This document shows positions 60,606 to 64,000 of a stretch of 64,000 nucleotides of DNA, in pieces. Source of the stretch: Raillietiella orientalis (Eukaryota); NCBI GenBank assembly GCA_036172245.1, contig JAYWIR010000010.1, positions 186,001 to 250,000 of the forward strand, given 5' to 3'. The notes beneath the pieces are model-generated. The model was given only the letters and a program-made list of their open reading frames with translations, did no database searches and was not told the DNA's origin. The first letter of the stretch is position 1, and each line of letters begins with the position of its first letter. The translations under genes and the position numbers were made by a program.

Positions 60606-63480
60606 GAGGAGGTTGAAGATCTCAACTATAAGTGCCGCGAATGTTTGCAAATCATTTTGTGCAGGAGACCGTCTGACCATACTTGTGCTGTGCCACATGG
60701 CCATCCAGTTTCAACCGTGGAATCTCCAACCAGTCGGATTGCTGCGGAAGTATCCATGAGGTACGAATGCAACAAGGAAGACTGCGATATGGCATTTTTC
60801 ACGCGAAGAGGTCTGCTCAACCGCCAGATATGGCACGACCGTCAGGAGAGAAGAGCAAGATCACAATCTCCTACAAATATATCGGATTTACAAAACTTGA
60901 AGAGGCAGGGAATGACCCATTTCCGGAGGTGGATTACGCATCCAACACTGAGGCTCCGGTTGATCTTAGCGTGCACGTCAATTTAAATGATGCTCCTGCA
61001 GAATGTGAGATACATGAACCTGGAAAATTTATCTGTGAAACTGGCAAGGAAGGTGGATTCTTCGGAAATCTTGAAAGCATCTTAGAAGAGCTCATTGAGG
61101 ATGATGCTAATGAACAAGAAAATATTATTCTATCCTCACCAATTGATTTTAGTAGATGATGTAGTTCGCCTTTGTTTGGCGCTGAACCATTTCCGCATGA
61201 GCAAAATGAGCCTTCTAAGGTGATGATTCCCGAAGACATTTCTCCTCACACAGCCGTTGATGATACACAAGAAGATAACCCCGGTACAGGAAGGAAATCT
61301 GATAAGGATTCTCTCGATAAATCTTCCTTGGAAACTCTCCCAATCAAGGAGAAAAAGGGGTTCGGTAGGAGTGAAGAAGAGGATTATTCATCCGGATTTG
61401 TCGATGAAGTTGAGACGTTTACTCGGATGAGCAAAGCGGAAGGTCTCGTTTGGGAAGAGTTCGAGGAAGCTTTTAATGTATTTATTGAGAAAGTGAGAAC
61501 TACGCTGAAGATCAAGCCGCAGCGGATTAAAGCGAAATTCTTCAAGATCGACCCCTACAACAAGAAAGAGATCTAAAAGCTGTACAAGATGAATAGAAGA
61601 AGGGCTATGAGAGCTATCTTGAAGCAACAAGACATGCGGTGTAAGTTAAGCCCCGAAGAGGTTGAGAAGCACTTTCATCAGCAAATAGAATTAGAAGGGG
61701 AAACTGATGAATCGTTGGTCAAGAACATTCAGCTAGGCAGAGATGAAGCTTCTTCTCCATTTGAGCTACACCTTGTGTCAGCTGAGGAGGTCTCATATTG
61801 GCTGCGTAAGGCCGAAAACTCCAGCCCAGGCTTAGATGGCATTACGTATGCCGGTTGGAGGATGGTTGACCCTCATGCACTGTTATGAACTCCGATATTT
61901 AGCATCCTTATTAGCAATGCAAGAATCCCGGAAGCATGGAGATGTACAAAAACAATTTTGCTTCCAAAGGTGCAACACTTCTCCCCAAACATTCACGATT
62001 GGAGGCCTATATCATTAGGAAATAGCATTTATAGACTCTACACTGAATGCCTCACAGCGAAGGTTAAAGAATGGGTGGTGGAACAAAGGATCATCTGTCC
62101 CCAACAAAAGGGCTTTTTACCCTTTGATGGTGTCTTAGATCGAAACTTTATACTTCAAACACGTCTTGACCATGCGAGAAGGAAGGCGGAAGACCTGGGA
62201 CTTGTGTTCATCGACATATCCAACGCATTTGGCACAATCCCGCATAACTTAATGTTGCAAGCGCTAAAGGAGGCTGAGATTGGCGACCACTTTACTCAAC
62301 TAGTCCAGGATATTTATAATGAAGCATATACCTTCATTCAATTGGACATGTCGACTGCTCGGCCTTTGATGGCTAAAGAGAGGCATCAAGCAGGGATGCC
62401 CTTTGAGCTCCTTGCTATTCATAACAGCCATTGAACCTGCTCTACGGACATCTCTGGAAAGCTATGGAAAGAATCCATACTAGCCTATGCTAATGATCTT
62501 GTCATCCTCGCCAAAAATGAAGATTTAAGTGACAGAATGGCACATCTACTGGACCTACTGAGTAGATCTGGACTCGCTGTGAACCCATCCAAATGCGGAT
62601 CTTTCTACCTGCATGGAAAGACACCGAAGGGAGTAAGGAACTTGGCGCTCAAGGTTGGAGACACACCCATTCCGAGTTTGTCTCTAGCTGAGGCGTACCT
62701 TGGTAAGCCCTTTGGTTTGGACATTTTCAAGCAACATCCGGATAGAGATGATATGCTGGAAAAAGCATGGAAGATCCTGTCGAATAGGCTAGCACCTTGG
62801 CAAAAGTTGGATGCCATGAAGACATTTTATTTCCCAAGTCTAATACATTTTGAAAGGCTGGGAACGCATCCAAAAGTGACTAGTCGTTCCTCGACAAAGA
62901 AATCAGAAGAATGATAAAAGAAATGCTCCATCTACCTCCCAGAGCGGCCAATGAATACATTTATGGTGACGGAAAGAAGGGCTACCTGGGAATGATGAAA
63001 CTATCTGATGAAGCGGATACTTTTATATTGGATTCTTTCTGACTGATGCTGCAGTTAAGAAATTGGCTTTATCCTCTCTACAAGAAGTTGTCTTGAAAAG
63101 GACCCCCTCTCCTCCAACAGATGATGATTTGGGAAATACCTTTCCTCAGAACAAGAAGGTAAATTTAAACGTGAAGGGGGTGACATCAAAAGTCTTTGGA
63201 CGGTGGGAAGGAAAGCCTCACGGAGGCTCTCCGCAACTTGGAACTGGGTCGACGGTGACCCGAAGATCTCCATATCTGATGTGACTATTGAAGAGGAAAA
63301 AGGTGGCTTCAACAACCCGGAGTCTCCAACGAGAAGCTTTCTTCGCCAACCTCCACGGAGTGCACGAGCTAACGACAACCCACGTCGAAGCAGCTGCTGC
63401 AGATCAGTGGGTAACGGGAGAGTCGCGAAGGGAAGCGTCATCAATGGTTAAAGATTCTTTTTCTTCATCAAGTCACTTTG
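60606..63480 (+). mobile_element. Utopia (NeSL-clade, RLE-type) non-LTR retrotransposon, decayed and truncated at both ends
   Basis: Zinc fingers YKCRECLQIILCRRPSDHTC and YECNKEDCDMAFFTRRGLLNRQIWH. RT motifs SSPGLDGITY, WRPISLGNSIYRLY, QKGFLPFDG, DISNAFGTIPH, GIKQGCPLS, LAYANDL (YADD>YAND, 62486-62497), YLGKPFG and LAPWQKLDAMKTFYFPSL; then LPPRAANEYIYG, WTVGRKASRRL and SSHF. Multiple stops and frameshifts; no CCHC/PD-(D/E)xK endonuclease seen. Abuts the U2 5' fragment. Confidence 0.88.
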
Positions 63481-64000
63481 AGTATTTCCAGCTGCGTTAT
63501 CAGAGTTCCTCCGGTGCTTTTCTCTTGAAAAGTCCCCCCCCCCCTTTTTTGTTCTTCCAACTCAGTTTGGAAGGAAATTCGAAAAAAATTCGCCCATTCA
63601 AACGCCCATCCTTTGCAAGGAAGTTATCTCGGCCGATTCGATCCCGGATCATTCGTTGCTCGTGCAAAGCCCTTCCAAGAGGGACTGCCGCGCGATTCGC
63701 CAAAGATTTATCAACAATCCGTCAAGTTCCTAATCCATGAAAACAGCAGAAGTGATCTGGAGTTCATGAGGTGGGGAGGAACACGGCGAAGTGAACGGAG
63801 CGCTGCAACCAAAGGCTCCTCAGCCAAATCGACTCGATGGACAACGCGTCAACTACAAGCATCCTCCGGAAGATGGGGACCTGATCACGGAACAGGGTTC
63901 TCAGTCTCGGAGCGCCGGTGTTGGAAGTGGCAGAGGAAAGGACATCAGGTGGCCTCCAAGAGAGCGAAAGATAGAGGGAAGCCAACACGAAGGATGACCG

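Noticed and set aside
63480..64000. Continuation of Utopia into the CCHC/endonuclease domain
   Set aside because: No CxxC...H...C, RH or PD-(D/E)xK motifs were found in the plus frames, and no U2 3' junction.

Overview
Eukaryotic, probably arthropod, genomic DNA; the U2 sequence variant and the gene families suggest this, but the taxon is not determined. It is mostly very GC-rich with decayed repeats, so nearly all ORFs in the supplied track are spurious. There are two real protein-coding genes. (1) A + strand M1-family zinc aminopeptidase (glutamyl aminopeptidase/ENPEP-like): 13 exons at 1020-15584 splice into one open frame of 708 aa, the N-terminus lies upstream of the window, and one intron has a probable GC donor. 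(2) A - strand, two-coding-exon ELOVL6/baldspot-like fatty-acid elongase at 42375-40570 (280 aa). A decayed Utopia (NeSL-clade, U2-targeting) non-LTR retrotransposon at about 60606-63480 is joined directly to the first 37 nt of U2 snRNA (60569-60605). The complementary 3' 150 nt of U2, preceded by AATAAA, lies about 43 kb away on the opposite strand (17575-17730). A dispersed repeat of roughly 0.6-0.7 kb with a tRNA B-box head occurs at three loci; it ends in a PSE-like motif and lies upstream of U2 pieces. This possible amplified U2-promoter/Utopia landing-pad cassette is the most novel-looking signal, but it is inference from manual alignment. Also present: a near-perfect intronic inverted repeat bracketing the catalytic exons of the aminopeptidase, L1/Tx1-like LINE remnants, a perfect 20-bp hairpin and microsatellites. 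All alignments were done by eye and no database searches were run.
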